A DNA stretch of 64,000 nt from Paraphysomonas bandaiensis (GCA_965644295.1 CBFFRP010000065.1:1-64000); one strand, 5' to 3'; shown: positions 1-11,647, counted from the stretch's first letter. Translations and numbers: made by a program. The notes: generated by a model not told the origin, from the sequence alone.

Positions 1-449
1 GTGGAGATTACATGAATGGCAATGAATGATGAGAGGTGTTGGCCATAAATTTAATTAGTTGATTATTGAGTAAGTTTAAATACAATTGTTTAATTTACAT
101 CATTAGGAAGTTAAGATCACTGTAATTAATTGGGCTATGACTAATTAGCACACTTCCGAAGTTAAATTCGAGGAAATAATTTGGATTGACACCAATAACC
201 GTAATCCAAAGTCCAAAGGACTCGAAAAACGACCAATGAGGCCCGTAAATAAGGCACCTACTGCAGTTTGAAAGAAGAAGGTAGATCTTGAGAAGTGATT
301 GGATGGGCACTTGTATCAGATCAACCTGTGGCGGAAGCACTGGAGATCGTTGATCAATACTTCAGCGAGAAAGGCATGTTTTGGTACGGTTCTGAAAAGG
401 ATTATCTAGCCGGCGATTTCGATTGTGAGGTTGACAGAACGATGTCGTA

Positions 450-583
450 AATGTCTGATTATTAGCAATGGACGTGTAAAAGTCAGAAATAATGTAGCAA
501 AACAATTTAACTAATTGTGCTTAAATACGAAAGCTGCCTGTGCGTCACCGCAAGCACCAAGGTGCAACCACTTTCGCTCTGGT
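450..583 (-). repeat. Dispersed repeat family X, copy A
   Basis: Reverse complement contains AGTGGTTGCACCTTGGTGCTTGCGGTGACGCACAGGCAGCTTTCGTA...TTAAGCAC...GCTAATAATCAGACATT, also seen at ~27170, ~38310, ~42895 and ~43860. Confidence 0.8.
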
Positions 584-1108
584 AGACTGACTGATTTGGA
601 AGAGAAACTGAGTCTGAATTATTGTGTAACTCAATAAGCTTTTCGCAAGATTCAAAATTATACCTGGAGAACTGGAATGTGCTATGTATTCGAAACGATA
701 CACATCGAACTGAATATGCTTTCACTCTACACTGTATAATCATCTTATATTGTGTATAGCTAATCCAATGGTACACCGCACTACTTTTCTTTTGTAGCGA
801 ACTTTAACACGACATTGATCTACGACAACGATTGCAGTCTACTGTGGAGCCATTACAATGACTGCTAACATTGAAGCTACAATTGGTTTGACATAGCTTT
901 CCATACATTTCCAGATAAATGATATTATTATTATTCATTTCACGTAGAATTCACTCTTGTCATGCAACCCCAAGACATTGATGAGCTCGTGCAAGTGAAC
1001 AGTGTACAATAGGGCGCAACCAGTAACATTACACGATACACACATAACTTTTGTTCATTCGTTCCATCCTAGTGGGACCGTCAGTCGTAGATGTAACACG
1101 ACACCATA

Positions 1109-3087
1109 CTATGCGGAGAACCCACGGCTCCAAGACTTGTACATGTCTTCTTCGCTGATAATCCTAAATATCCTGAAGAACTTAGCGCGACCCTTCCTTT
1201 GTTTATCAATAGCTCTCATGAGAGTAAGAGATTCCTGTGTAGTGAGAACCACGCCAGCTTCGATGAGCAAGTCGTTGATTTCATCATATGGGGCATCCTC
1301 CAGTGCACGGTCCTTCAGCTTGACTAGAATATCCCTCAGCGAGTCCTCACGTGCTCGCAGTTTTTCCGCAATGTGTTCCAGAGAACTCTCTTTCCATATC
1401 TCCGGATTTTGTTCCATGTACTTAAGGGAGTACTCATCCGCATCAACGACAATGAACTCATACGACTGAATAAAGAGCACTGTCCCAAGTACAATGTCGC
1501 CAGGAACGATTCGGCGTCCATCCTTGTGTTTCTGACGAGAGCGAGACAGAAACTTGCCGGCTCCGAATCCAGAGTTACGTACAGGAACTTCGTTTATCTG
1601 GATGGTGTCGTCTTCAAGGAACACCTGGAGATTGAACTCCCTAGCTGCATCCACAGGCTACATGACACAGTGAAAACTCATACAATATCCATATGTATTC
1701 TTTTTACCTTTGGGGTACGGAACTTCATACGAAACCTAAGCATCTGCTGAGCATACAACTTTGCTTTCAGACCGTCCTTCTTTGGGGCTTTGGGCATGAG
1801 ACTGCCACTGCAGGTTTGAAGGGAGTCCTCCTCCGAGCCAAACCCATTGTAGGGCGGAGGCTCTAATGTATACTTTTTTGGAACTTCTTCAAGCTGCACT
1901 GATATTCTATCCCCGAGAGGAAAGTGATGCTGCTCGTAATAGTCTCGAGTAAATTTATCCGCATCATATATCAGAATCTCATTTCCCACAACATTAATCA
2001 CTGCGCCGATATATATATCAGTAAAGTGGTAGTAGTTCGAGCTGTCAAGTGCTTCTGCTTGGGCGGATGTCATGATGCCCTGCGTATTGTTGTTCGGCTT
2101 CAATATGCGCATTTTCCTTAAAAATTTGGGGATGCGGTCCCGACCATCATTTCGACTATACTCCGATATAATTTCAATAGTATCGTCAACCAGATAGTAG
2201 TGCAGCCTGACAGAGTACTTGATAGGCTTAGGAAACTCTTTTCCTTCCCAGTAACCAAAAAAGCGGAGAACCATTTTATCATGCTCGTAAAAGCTCTTAG
2301 ATAGAGCAGTAAATGGTCGGCCAGTAGATGAAAAACTCTCAATAGATGAAGTATTCGGAGTAGATCTACGTAGTTTTGCCAGGCGCACATCTGTAGTACC
2401 AGGTGTGGGCAAGGGTGTCCCAAACTCCACACCAATACTTGCGAGATACCGATTAGTGAAGTCATTACAACTCAACACAGTGTATTTACGGTTGTAAATA
2501 TCAAGAACAGCACCGGCATGGAAGTCCTGCAAGGTGTAGTGACCAGAGCCGTCAGGTTTCTGAATATGATGACGACGGAGAAACTTCCCTTGAACTAATC
2601 CACTATTGTGCAAGAATGGTTCCCGAATTTCCATGGAGTTATCTGTAACATACACAGTGATATCTACCACACGAACTCTTTTTGGTTCTTCCAAGTTTTC
2701 GGGGACTTCTTCTGTGAAGACTGCAGTAAAGTTGCAAAGTTGGTCTTTGTTGGTCACAAAAGCTGGGGCCTTGCTAATATCATTGTAAGGGAGAGCTTTT
2801 CTATTTGATCTGATATCTCGTTGTCTTGAACACAAACTGTAGCGCCCTGATATATCATTGAAGTTTGGAGTTTCACGGGGGTAGGGGTTCAGTGATGACT
2901 TCACTGATCTGATATATTCTGGATCATCCATGAAGTCTGCCGACATACTTCTATCCATCGATTGTGTCCCTAAGGTGTCCGACAAATAATCCTTGAATAA
3001 TCTAGGATTACTGCTTAGAGCTGATCGACGAATTCCAGGCAAGTTTGGTAAATCTTGCACTGACTTCATGGAGGCCGAGAACGACAT
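1109..3087 (-). CDS. EFHC1: EFHC1/EFHC2 (RIB72) axonemal protein with three DM10 domains and a C-terminal EF-hand-like region; at least 1 intron (~1661-1707)
   Basis: DM10 motifs DNSMEIREP..NSGLVQGKFLRRH, VLRFFGYW, YYLVDDTIEI, NDGRDRIPKFL, PPPYNGFGSEEDSL, EDDTIQINEVPVRNSGFGAGKFL; ORFs 1678-3105 and 1109-1654 join through a GT..AG intron; an upstream exon is possible. Confidence 0.9.
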
Positions 3088-3785
3088 GGAACCTACACCA
3101 CACAAGCATCAATTCTATGCACATGATAATCACTCCATTCTTACCACTGAGAGACATTACTCCGTTAATATTAACACAGTTTCAGTTATTATGTCTCTTT
3201 TATGTTCCAATGTAGCAAATATTTACCTGATAAGAGACTGGCAATTAGAGTCACTGCTGTGTGTGTGTTTGCTGTGTGTGATGTACATACATATGAAGCC
3301 ATCAGATCGCTCATTATAATATCCAATCTAAAAAATATGAAACCGTCAAAAAAAATGAAACCAACCTTACCCTCATCAGCAGCAAGTACTCTGTGTGAGG
3401 TATCTATCCAAAACCGGGGATTTACGAAGGGATTGTGGGGTTCTTCTATCTGGAAAGCTTGTATTTTCATTGTCTCTGCACAGCAGTGTGCAAGAGTATC
3501 ATATAACTGGAAATCTGTATTTTCGTGGTCACTTGGTATCTATATTGCCTATTTTTTGTAAAAATAGCACTAATTAGGAGTTTTATAGTGAAAATATGAG
3601 GATAAAGTGTACAAATAGTCCTGTAGGAATTCCAAGCTGTTTTACGTGTGTTGCTTTTACTTGATGTGAATTCTAAATTCAGACGTGAAGATACTGTGAA
3701 GTAAGTGAGATCTACGAGTCTCTATGTCTTGATGTTATCTGCTTGACACATTTGGTGTATCATATATTGGACAAGTGGGTTAAAT

Positions 3786-4295
3786 ATGACAGATCAAGTA
3801 AATGTTAAGTTGGAGCCTGTACCGTTATTTACTGAGGTGTATTCCAACTCACAGATGGATAAGAATTTCCTTCCACGAATAAATACATCACCAACTTCAT
3901 CACCTTCTGGGAGTAAAAGACCCATGACTTCATCACCGTCGAATAGATCACGAACAAGTGACCTGTTTAAAGGTCCTGGGGCGGGAGGGTACAAAAAATT
4001 TACACTAGCACTGAAAGAACCAGCCCCATCTACATGTACCCCTCATGCTGTAGTCATGATAACTAATACTCACTCGGGTATATCAAGATATTCAGCGTTG
4101 AATATCAATCGACCTCTTTGTGAGAGAAAACTGGACGCACGGGACTACAAAGTAGTCGGCATTTTCCCTGATGAAGTGAGTGCCATTCAGAAAAAGCGTC
4201 AGCTTTTACAAGAAATGAAGATTAAAAAACCGTCGAAATTTTTGAATGGGGATTGGTCTGTTGGTGTGGATTTCCTTGTCAGGCCGTATATTTAA
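3786..4295 (+). CDS. Hypothetical protein, 169 aa, single exon
   Basis: ATG-initiated ORF with a Ser/Pro-rich N-terminus and globular-looking C-terminus; divergent from EFHC; no recognised family. Confidence 0.6.
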   Translation: MTDQVNVKLEPVPLFTEVYSNSQMDKNFLPRINTSPTSSPSGSKRPMTSSPSNRSRTSDLFKGPGAGGYKKFTLALKEPAPSTCTPHAVVMITNTHSGISRYSALNINRPLCERKLDARDYKVVGIFPDEVSAIQKKRQLLQEMKIKKPSKFLNGDWSVGVDFLVRPYI

Positions 4296-4669
4296 GAACA
4301 CATTGCACAGCGGTGGTCGATGATGCAGTTTTGAATAAGTGTTTTTGTTATTACGTTTCTATGTCGTATTTGTATGAATAATGTGGCAGTGATGTATTAT
4401 TTATGGTGGTGCGTGAAGAAATCACACGCACAAATTACCCTATCGTTAATAATTTCGAACAAGTTTTGTTAGAAAATTCGTTTTTTGAAATTCCGCCCTT
4501 TTCTCTCTACGTGTTAAAATTGTAATTTACCGTGAGACACCTTAATACTGCATCATACACTGAATTCATTTTTATAACACCTAAATAATCACTGAGTCAT
4601 TGCTGAATAGGAATACTCATTTCACAGTTCTAAGGTAGAACCTAATACTAAGTTCTAAGCACTACACAT

Positions 4670-4931
4670 TATTAGGATTCAGCTTAATACATGATTGTAT
4701 CTGTGAGTTATAATGTTCAATGAAATATACCATGAACTGAATTAGAGAGAGTATCTGTCGAAGATACGTGATCGTCATCATAACGTCGTCATTATCAGTT
4801 ACACTTCTAACTATTCCGTTGTGCATGATAGTACGTTCTATATTGTTATTCATAATTTTCACTCTATCGTGTTCATTACTTACACTCTAATAATCACAAC
4901 ATTGTTTTACTAATAAGCTTAAATCTTATTT
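4670..4931 (+). repeat. 5' LTR (262 bp; TATTAGG...CTTATTT)
   Basis: Identical by eye to 10158-10419. Confidence 0.97.
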
Positions 4932-4941
4932 TGGTAGCGAG
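4932..4941 (+). promoter_or_regulatory. Primer binding site TGGTAGCGAG, probably initiator tRNA-Met
   Basis: TGG start directly after the LTR; TGGTAGC is complementary to the GCUACCA 3' end typical of initiator Met tRNAs. Confidence 0.75.
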
Positions 4942-7900
4942 ATGTCAGTTAAAGTTACAAGTTACGACTCAACCGACTCGGATTCAACAACCGAAAAACA
5001 GAAAGACTCAATGCCAAAGTTCGACGCGAAGAACTTCTCCAAGTGGCAGAAGAAGTGCCGTGCATGGTTTTACAGAAAGCCCAAGATCGTTTATACCCTA
5101 CAAAACGATCATCCAACTGAACCTGAAGAAGGAGAGATTTCAGATGACGAAGATTACCAATATCGACTCGACCAGTATCACGAAACGAAACGATATTATG
5201 ATGAAGGTAATAACTACCTATGGTCTGTCATTTCGAGCGCTGTCATTGGTCAGGATGAAGAGGCCGAAGGGATTTTGGAAAACGTCCCCGATGGAGACGG
5301 AAAAACCGCCTGGACCGATTTGCTAGCCCACTTCAAGGAAAAAACGACAAATGACGTAATCACCGACCTGATTGGTCAATTTCAGAGCCTAAAAATCAAA
5401 AAAGGTCAGTCAATAATCAATTTTCTTGACGCTATCGAAAAGCTCAAAAACAAGCTTATCAATTATGGTCATCGGATCAACGACCAAGACTTAATATCCC
5501 GAATACGACAGGGAATTGTTTCAGAAGATAACATGGTTTACCGAGAATTGGCAATTAATCTGCAGCTACATCCAATTGATGATTATAAAGTATTGATTCG
5601 CAGACTTCGCGGATTAGGAAGCTCGTCTGTTGGAACGCTCCTATCATCCAACAATGAAGACACAAAAACTGACAGTAGTCACCTCGCAACATCAAAACCC
5701 CCACTTTCCCGCAGCAAAGTCAATTTTAAGCGAAAAAGAGGGACATCTTCCAAATATCGCTCCAATAAACAGAAACATGATAAGAGAACCGATAAAGACA
5801 TTAAGTGCTTCAGATGCGGAGGAAAGGGGCACATTGCATCGGAATGCAAGCACTCCTGGGAGAAGATTCAAGAGATGAAAAGCTCCTCCGACAACAAGTC
5901 ATCAACAAGAGGAAAACCGAAATTCAAGAGAGTGAAATTCCAGACTCAGAGTAACGAATATTTCCACGACCACTCTGATCAACTTGCAAATTATGAAGAC
6001 AGTGGTCCATCGTCAGACTATCAAAAAGGACGAGATTACGGAGGAGTTGCTTACACACCGAGCGATGAATCACACTTCGTTAGTGATCAAAAGGCAGGAA
6101 TGGGATCTCTTGACTCGGGGTGCACAGTATCAATTACATCAGAAGCAAGCTACCTTACGGACTACACTGATTGCCTCACCGAGATTCAAACAGCCAAATC
6201 AGGGTCTACAATGATATCCTCAGGTCATGGAAGACTTGGAATCATCCCCAAGTGCAAACACGTGGACCAAGCGTCTAGGACCCTCATTTCTATTAGCCAA
6301 CTGGATGACCTCGGACATGAAATCATATTCAGAAACCAGTCAGTGGAAATATTTAAAGACGGCATATTGCTATCGAAAGGCCAGCGCGTTGGAGGCCTAT
6401 ACGAAATTCCACTATCAGACCTCGGTATTCCCACTGATGAATCTCACCTCGCATCAACTGCCTCAGGTCAACCCGCACTGTTAGCACATAAGAGACTAGC
6501 ACATGCATCACTTGGACTCATACAGAAGGCAATAAAATCACGTCTAATAACTGGTGTCAAGATGACAAAAGAGGAGATGAGTGTTGCCTCTCTACCTGGC
6601 GGTTTATGCGATGGATGTGCGACTGGGAAATCACATAGACGAAAGCACAGGAATGCCACCCGCCAAATGTTGTTGAAAAGAATGAGAAGGGCAAAGGAGC
6701 TGGGGGAGCTCATAGTAGCCGATTTCTCAGGACCACATACACCCGATGCAATTATTACCGGAAATCGATATGTACTTGGGATCGCCGATGTAGCATCAAG
6801 GTACCAGTGGGACTCCTACGGAACAACGAGAGATGAAAACTTCGTTATCCAATCCATTCAGAAAGTCGTCACGTATCTACGCAGTAGGGGTAAACGACTA
6901 CAACATTACCATGCCGATGGAGGGAAGGAACTAGTCTCACGAAAAGTATTGGAATATCTCCAATACATTGGAGCAACATGGACTTTTAACGCTCCCTATA
7001 CTCCCGAGGACAACCCATTTCAAGAGCGACCATGGAGAACCATCAAAGAACGAGCACTTAGTAGCTTGATGGATTCAGGTCTTCCAACGAATTTCTGGGA
7101 ACAAGCCATGAAGACATCCACACACATGAAGAACAGGCTACCTTGCAAAACTGCTAAAGGATTCATGTCCCCACTCCAATTCATCGAAAACGAAATACCA
7201 GACTTGAGTTATGCCAGAATATGGGGATGTAAATGCTTTGTGAATATCGATTCCAGTCTCCGAAAGAACAACTGGGACAGACATAGCTGGCCTGGGTATT
7301 TTATGGGCTATCGAGAGGATGGTCCTGGATATATAGTCTTTGTTCCCGCATTAAGAGACTTTGTTATATCAGGACATGTATTTTTCAACGAATGTGTTCC
7401 ACCAGCAGATAAGAGATACTTTAAGGAGATAAATGAGATATTCAGAGAGAATGAGACCACCAGGACAGTAGAAAGTTTCAAATATCTCATAGGTCTAGCT
7501 CATGTAGATCCAGACGATGGATTAACATATGTAACGACTCAAATAAAGCTCAGAAAAGGATTAATCTCAGCGTATCGTGGTCTAGTGGACGACAGCGGTG
7601 ACACTACACGAATCATCCAGCTCGACGACCCCATTCATGCTGCAGACGTCGAAAAGTACACTGAAGAATACATAGAACTCAAAGCAGTTGGTCTCAAATG
7701 TATTACGTCTCGATCGAAAACCCCAATACATAAATCCAGCAAATCAGATCAAAACCCCGATACAGTTATTGGATCTCCAGCGCCAGCCGCTACTTCCAGG
7801 GGGAGTGGCGAGAATCTCAGACATCATGATGCCGCGCAGGAGAGAATCAGCAGCCATCGGTGTGAACCTACCCACTCCGATGCAAAGATAGCGAAGACTC

Positions 7901-9957
7901 GCCCTCCGAAACAATTCAATGGGAACCTAGTGCCGAATCCGGCACCACACGGTCAAGTGGATCGTGTGCACCAGCGTATGGCCAAACGCGGTAACAAGTC
8001 TGCTGATTCATCGGGAGATTGGGAAAATCAGGGTACACCTGAAGGGCCAAGTAAGGTCCGTGCTACAGCAAAACAACAATTTTTAGCTGGTAGAAAGAGT
8101 GTTCTCCGAAGCAGGAGAATGGCCAGGAAACGGGTAATTGTAAATATACACAAACTAGGTGATGGTGTATATACATGTGATGTAAATGCTAAACATGTAG
8201 TAAATCATATGGCACATGACACACAATGTATATCAAAATTACATACAAACAATATTGATATTGTTATGCATGCTATCAGTAATTGCGATGACATTGACGA
8301 GCTAACCGATACACCAAAGAGTGTTCAAGATGCTATTTCAGGTAAATATAAACAGCAGTGGATCGATGCTATCAATAGAGAAATATCCACTCTTCAGAGG
8401 AAAGGGTGCTGGAGATACACTGCGTTACCACCTGGAGCAAGAGCCATAAAGGGGAAACTCATATTCAAAATAAAAAGAAAACAGAATGATATCAAATTCA
8501 AGGCTCGACTAGTCGCACAGGGTTTTACTCAAATCCAAGGCATCGATTACAATGATACATACAGCCCCGTCGCAAAGGCTACATCACTACGTACAATTAT
8601 TGCCCTTTCGACTATTATGAAACTCAAATTGCACCAAATCGATTTCACAACTGCGTACATCAATGCTGACCTCGAAGAGAACATATACATGTATCCCCCT
8701 CCTGGCATGGACGTCCCTGACGGAAAAGTCCTCAAACTGATGAAAAGCATCTACGGTCTAAAGCAAGCAGGTCTTAACTGGTATAAGTGCTGTACAAATT
8801 TTATGCTAGATATGGGTTTCACCAGACTAATATCTGACCCGTGTATATTCAAAAAGCAGATTAATGGCAGGATTATGCTAATAGCCATGTATGTGGATGA
8901 TATTATTATAGCATCTACATCCGACACTGATATCCAACAATTCAAAGACCATTTATCCAAAAAGTTCGAAATTACGGATCTCGGACTCCTAGACTATTAC
9001 TTGGGCATCTCCATTCATCAAGATTTTGACAAAAATATCACGACTCTCAGTCAGGAGCAGTACGTCAGAAAGTTACTGGACAAATTCAACATGTCTAACA
9101 GTAAACCCATGTCAACACCTATGTTACTGTCTTTCAACTATGATTTACATGAATACAATCATCTTTCAGAGTCAAATCAAAGTTATGTTCAGAATTTCCC
9201 CTACAAGGAGCTCATAGGTTCCCTAATGTATCTAGCTGTATGCACTCGACCGGATATCGCCTATGCAGTCAATACTCTTGCCAGATTTTCTGATATGCCT
9301 AATCTAACTACCTGTAATGCTGCGTTACATGTTCTTAGGTATCTCAAAGGCACTGCTAAGCAAGGATTGATATATTCTGGATCCCACATAACATTGTCAG
9401 GATACTGCGATAGCGATTGGGCACGGTGTCACCTCACTCGACGGTCCACTACAGCCTTTACATTCTTCATAGGTAATTGTCTTATATCATGGCAATCTCG
9501 ATTACAGACAACTGTGGCATTGTCATCTACTGAAGCTGAGTATATGGCTCTATCGTCAGCAGCTCAGGAAGCATTATGGCTACGCTCTTTATTATCAGAA
9601 ATTGGTTTCAAACTTCCATTCTCAACAACTATTTGGTGCGATAATAAAGGGGCAGTCCAATTATGTTACAATCCTACTCATCATCGTCGTACGAAACATA
9701 TTGCGATACGGTATCATTTCATTCGAGAAAATATTGCCGAAAACCAATTGACTGTTGACCATATTCCCACCACGTCAATGTTAGCCGATCTTCTCACGAA
9801 ACCACTAGGAGCAACTAATTTTCTTCAATTGCGAACTACATTGATGGGGGGAGCTGGGTTCGACATCCCATCCAGCAACAACAGGAAGCGATCAACAACC
9901 TCAGAGACACCTAAATCACAATTAACAAGCCACAAGCGACCTAGGTGGCTAGTTTGA
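4942..9957 (+). CDS. Copia Gag-Pol polyprotein, 1671 aa
   Basis: Zinc knuckle CFRCGGKGHIASEC; protease LDSGCT; integrase HKRLAH..CDGC, ADFSG, HADGGKE, NPFQER; RT KARLVAQGFTQ, YVDD; RNase H DSDWA, EAEY, TKHIAIRYHFIRE, ADLLTK; no stops. Confidence 0.98.
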   Translation: MSVKVTSYDSTDSDSTTEKQKDSMPKFDAKNFSKWQKKCRAWFYRKPKIVYTLQNDHPTEPEEGEISDDEDYQYRLDQYHETKRYYDEGNNYLWSVISSAVIGQDEEAEGILENVPDGDGKTAWTDLLAHFKEKTTNDVITDLIGQFQSLKIKKGQSIINFLDAIEKLKNKLINYGHRINDQDLISRIRQGIVSEDNMVYRELAINLQLHPIDDYKVLIRRLRGLGSSSVGTLLSSNNEDTKTDSSHLATSKPPLSRSKVNFKRKRGTSSKYRSNKQKHDKRTDKDIKCFRCGGKGHIASECKHSWEKIQEMKSSSDNKSSTRGKPKFKRVKFQTQSNEYFHDHSDQLANYEDSGPSSDYQKGRDYGGVAYTPSDESHFVSDQKAGMGSLDSGCTVSITSEASYLTDYTDCLTEIQTAKSGSTMISSGHGRLGIIPKCKHVDQASRTLISISQLDDLGHEIIFRNQSVEIFKDGILLSKGQRVGGLYEIPLSDLGIPTDESHLASTASGQPALLAHKRLAHASLGLIQKAIKSRLITGVKMTKEEMSVASLPGGLCDGCATGKSHRRKHRNATRQMLLKRMRRAKELGELIVADFSGPHTPDAIITGNRYVLGIADVASRYQWDSYGTTRDENFVIQSIQKVVTYLRSRGKRLQHYHADGGKELVSRKVLEYLQYIGATWTFNAPYTPEDNPFQERPWRTIKERALSSLMDSGLPTNFWEQAMKTSTHMKNRLPCKTAKGFMSPLQFIENEIPDLSYARIWGCKCFVNIDSSLRKNNWDRHSWPGYFMGYREDGPGYIVFVPALRDFVISGHVFFNECVPPADKRYFKEINEIFRENETTRTVESFKYLIGLAHVDPDDGLTYVTTQIKLRKGLISAYRGLVDDSGDTTRIIQLDDPIHAADVEKYTEEYIELKAVGLKCITSRSKTPIHKSSKSDQNPDTVIGSPAPAATSRGSGENLRHHDAAQERISSHRCEPTHSDAKIAKTRPPKQFNGNLVPNPAPHGQVDRVHQRMAKRGNKSADSSGDWENQGTPEGPSKVRATAKQQFLAGRKSVLRSRRMARKRVIVNIHKLGDGVYTCDVNAKHVVNHMAHDTQCISKLHTNNIDIVMHAISNCDDIDELTDTPKSVQDAISGKYKQQWIDAINREISTLQRKGCWRYTALPPGARAIKGKLIFKIKRKQNDIKFKARLVAQGFTQIQGIDYNDTYSPVAKATSLRTIIALSTIMKLKLHQIDFTTAYINADLEENIYMYPPPGMDVPDGKVLKLMKSIYGLKQAGLNWYKCCTNFMLDMGFTRLISDPCIFKKQINGRIMLIAMYVDDIIIASTSDTDIQQFKDHLSKKFEITDLGLLDYYLGISIHQDFDKNITTLSQEQYVRKLLDKFNMSNSKPMSTPMLLSFNYDLHEYNHLSESNQSYVQNFPYKELIGSLMYLAVCTRPDIAYAVNTLARFSDMPNLTTCNAALHVLRYLKGTAKQGLIYSGSHITLSGYCDSDWARCHLTRRSTTAFTFFIGNCLISWQSRLQTTVALSSTEAEYMALSSAAQEALWLRSLLSEIGFKLPFSTTIWCDNKGAVQLCYNPTHHRRTKHIAIRYHFIRENIAENQLTVDHIPTTSMLADLLTKPLGATNFLQLRTTLMGGAGFDIPSSNNRKRSTTSETPKSQLTSHKRPRWLV

Positions 9958-10148
9958 GTTACACGGAGTTTTTACCATTTTTTTTTACTTTTATTCAATA
10001 CATGATGCTGGACTAGAAGGATGGTCTCACAATATGGCATCTCTGCAGTTCGCTTATTATTGACTAGTGACTGCTACTCTGGTTTTTACTCTCAGTGTGC
10101 ATAAGTTCATATTCTCTCTATTATCTACGGTTCACTGATTATTTCATT

Positions 10149-10157
10149 GAGGGGGCG
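10149..10157 (+). promoter_or_regulatory. Polypurine tract GAGGGGGCG
   Basis: Abuts the first base of the 3' LTR. Confidence 0.85.
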
Positions 10158-10419
10158 TATTAGGATTCAGCTTAATACATGATTGTATCTGTGAGTTATA
10201 ATGTTCAATGAAATATACCATGAACTGAATTAGAGAGAGTATCTGTCGAAGATACGTGATCGTCATCATAACGTCGTCATTATCAGTTACACTTCTAACT
10301 ATTCCGTTGTGCATGATAGTACGTTCTATATTGTTATTCATAATTTTCACTCTATCGTGTTCATTACTTACACTCTAATAATCACAACATTGTTTTACTA
10401 ATAAGCTTAAATCTTATTT
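10158..10419 (+). repeat. 3' LTR (262 bp)
   Basis: Identical to the 5' LTR and followed by TSD CACAT. Confidence 0.97.
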
Positions 10420-10783
10420 CACATCTACAAAGCTGCAAAGAACAAGAAGCATTATTTTCAATTTCGTATTTCAGTTTTAACTTAGAAATAAAGTAAACAC
10501 ACGTAGCTGTATCACGTTATATATCTGATAACTCCTATTTTTTATTCAGTAGCGATATTACCAGCCGAACACGTGTTTGCAGTACTTTAAAATTTCAAAG
10601 TACATTACCTGCCCACTACGCACAGCAACAAAGTTACGATCGTGCCACAATTTAAAATACATAAACAATAAATATTATTATCAATATACTACACAACAAG
10701 CCAATCAAGGTACTAGCAACTACGAACTGAACTATTCACGAATTATTCTATATACTATATACACAATCCCTTCTCACGGTATT

Positions 10784-11532
10784 CTATGGGCGGGAGATCT
10801 TTACCGTACGTTCAGTGGCGATCACAACTTTCGCTATTAAATACACAATACAAAAGTGAATTTGATAAACAAGACAAAAATATACCGCACCTGTCGTTAG
10901 TTCTAGCGTCTTGACGAAGCCATTGCTGTCTCTACCATACGTGTCGGTGATTTTAAAGGTAAATTCCCTCGGATACGGACTAATATACTCACTGCAAGGT
11001 TTAAGCGAATCAGAAAACCTATAGGTTACTCGTCGAAGAACTTCCGTCCAGAACTCTGGGCTAGAAGCACCCGTGACGTCCTCTATCGATAGCACACCCG
11101 CGCTGTATTTAGCAAATATCGTGTTTAGCGCATCATTGCCATCTGCAAAAGTGAATTAGCTGAACATAACTTCCAGAAGTTTAGTGTTACCTATTGAAAG
11201 TTCATCCGTGCTATTATATGATGGACCGATTGTTACAGATGCATTAGCAACAATAACAGAGTTTGATATATTTATCCGCGGCTCAATCCTCTGAAAAGCT
11301 TAAGTACAATAATTAGTTAGTAAGAAATCAGGTGTGATCCGCACCTACCATTCGGAGCATTAAACTTGTAGTGCTTTGGGCGACAGTAATAACGGAAATT
11401 ATCTCCATCTCCACCACGTAGCTCAGGTGGAGCGAATATAGAGGGTGATGATGTGGATGGCACAGAGGTGGGCACTGGTGTAGGTGGGTTCACCGCATAT
11501 ACCGATGTTATTAGTAGTAAGAAGAGCCACAT
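10784..11532 (-). CDS. Hypothetical secreted protein, multi-exon
   Basis: Signal-peptide-like MWLFLLLITSVYA followed by a PTPVPTSVPS stalk; coding segments linked by GT-AG introns down to TAG at 10784. Confidence 0.6.
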
Positions 11533-11647
11533 TTCGCAGTGATGATGTACTTGCATTATTCGCAAGATATGGTGGCCTCTTGATATGTATTTGTTTCTAA
11601 GAGATATGGCAATGGTTCCGTTTCTTCAATACATGTACAGTACTATT

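Larger units (their letters stand above)
4670..10419 (+). mobile_element. Intact Ty1/Copia LTR retrotransposon, 5750 bp
   Basis: Identical 262-bp LTRs (4670-4931, 10158-10419); TSD CACAT at 4665-4669 and 10420-10424; PBS at 4932; PPT at 10149-10157; single gag-pol ORF in Copia order PR-IN-RT-RH. Confidence 0.98.

Noticed and set aside
4662-4862. Identical minus-strand ORFs at 4662-4862 and 10144-10350
   Set aside because: Chance ORF within the two LTR copies
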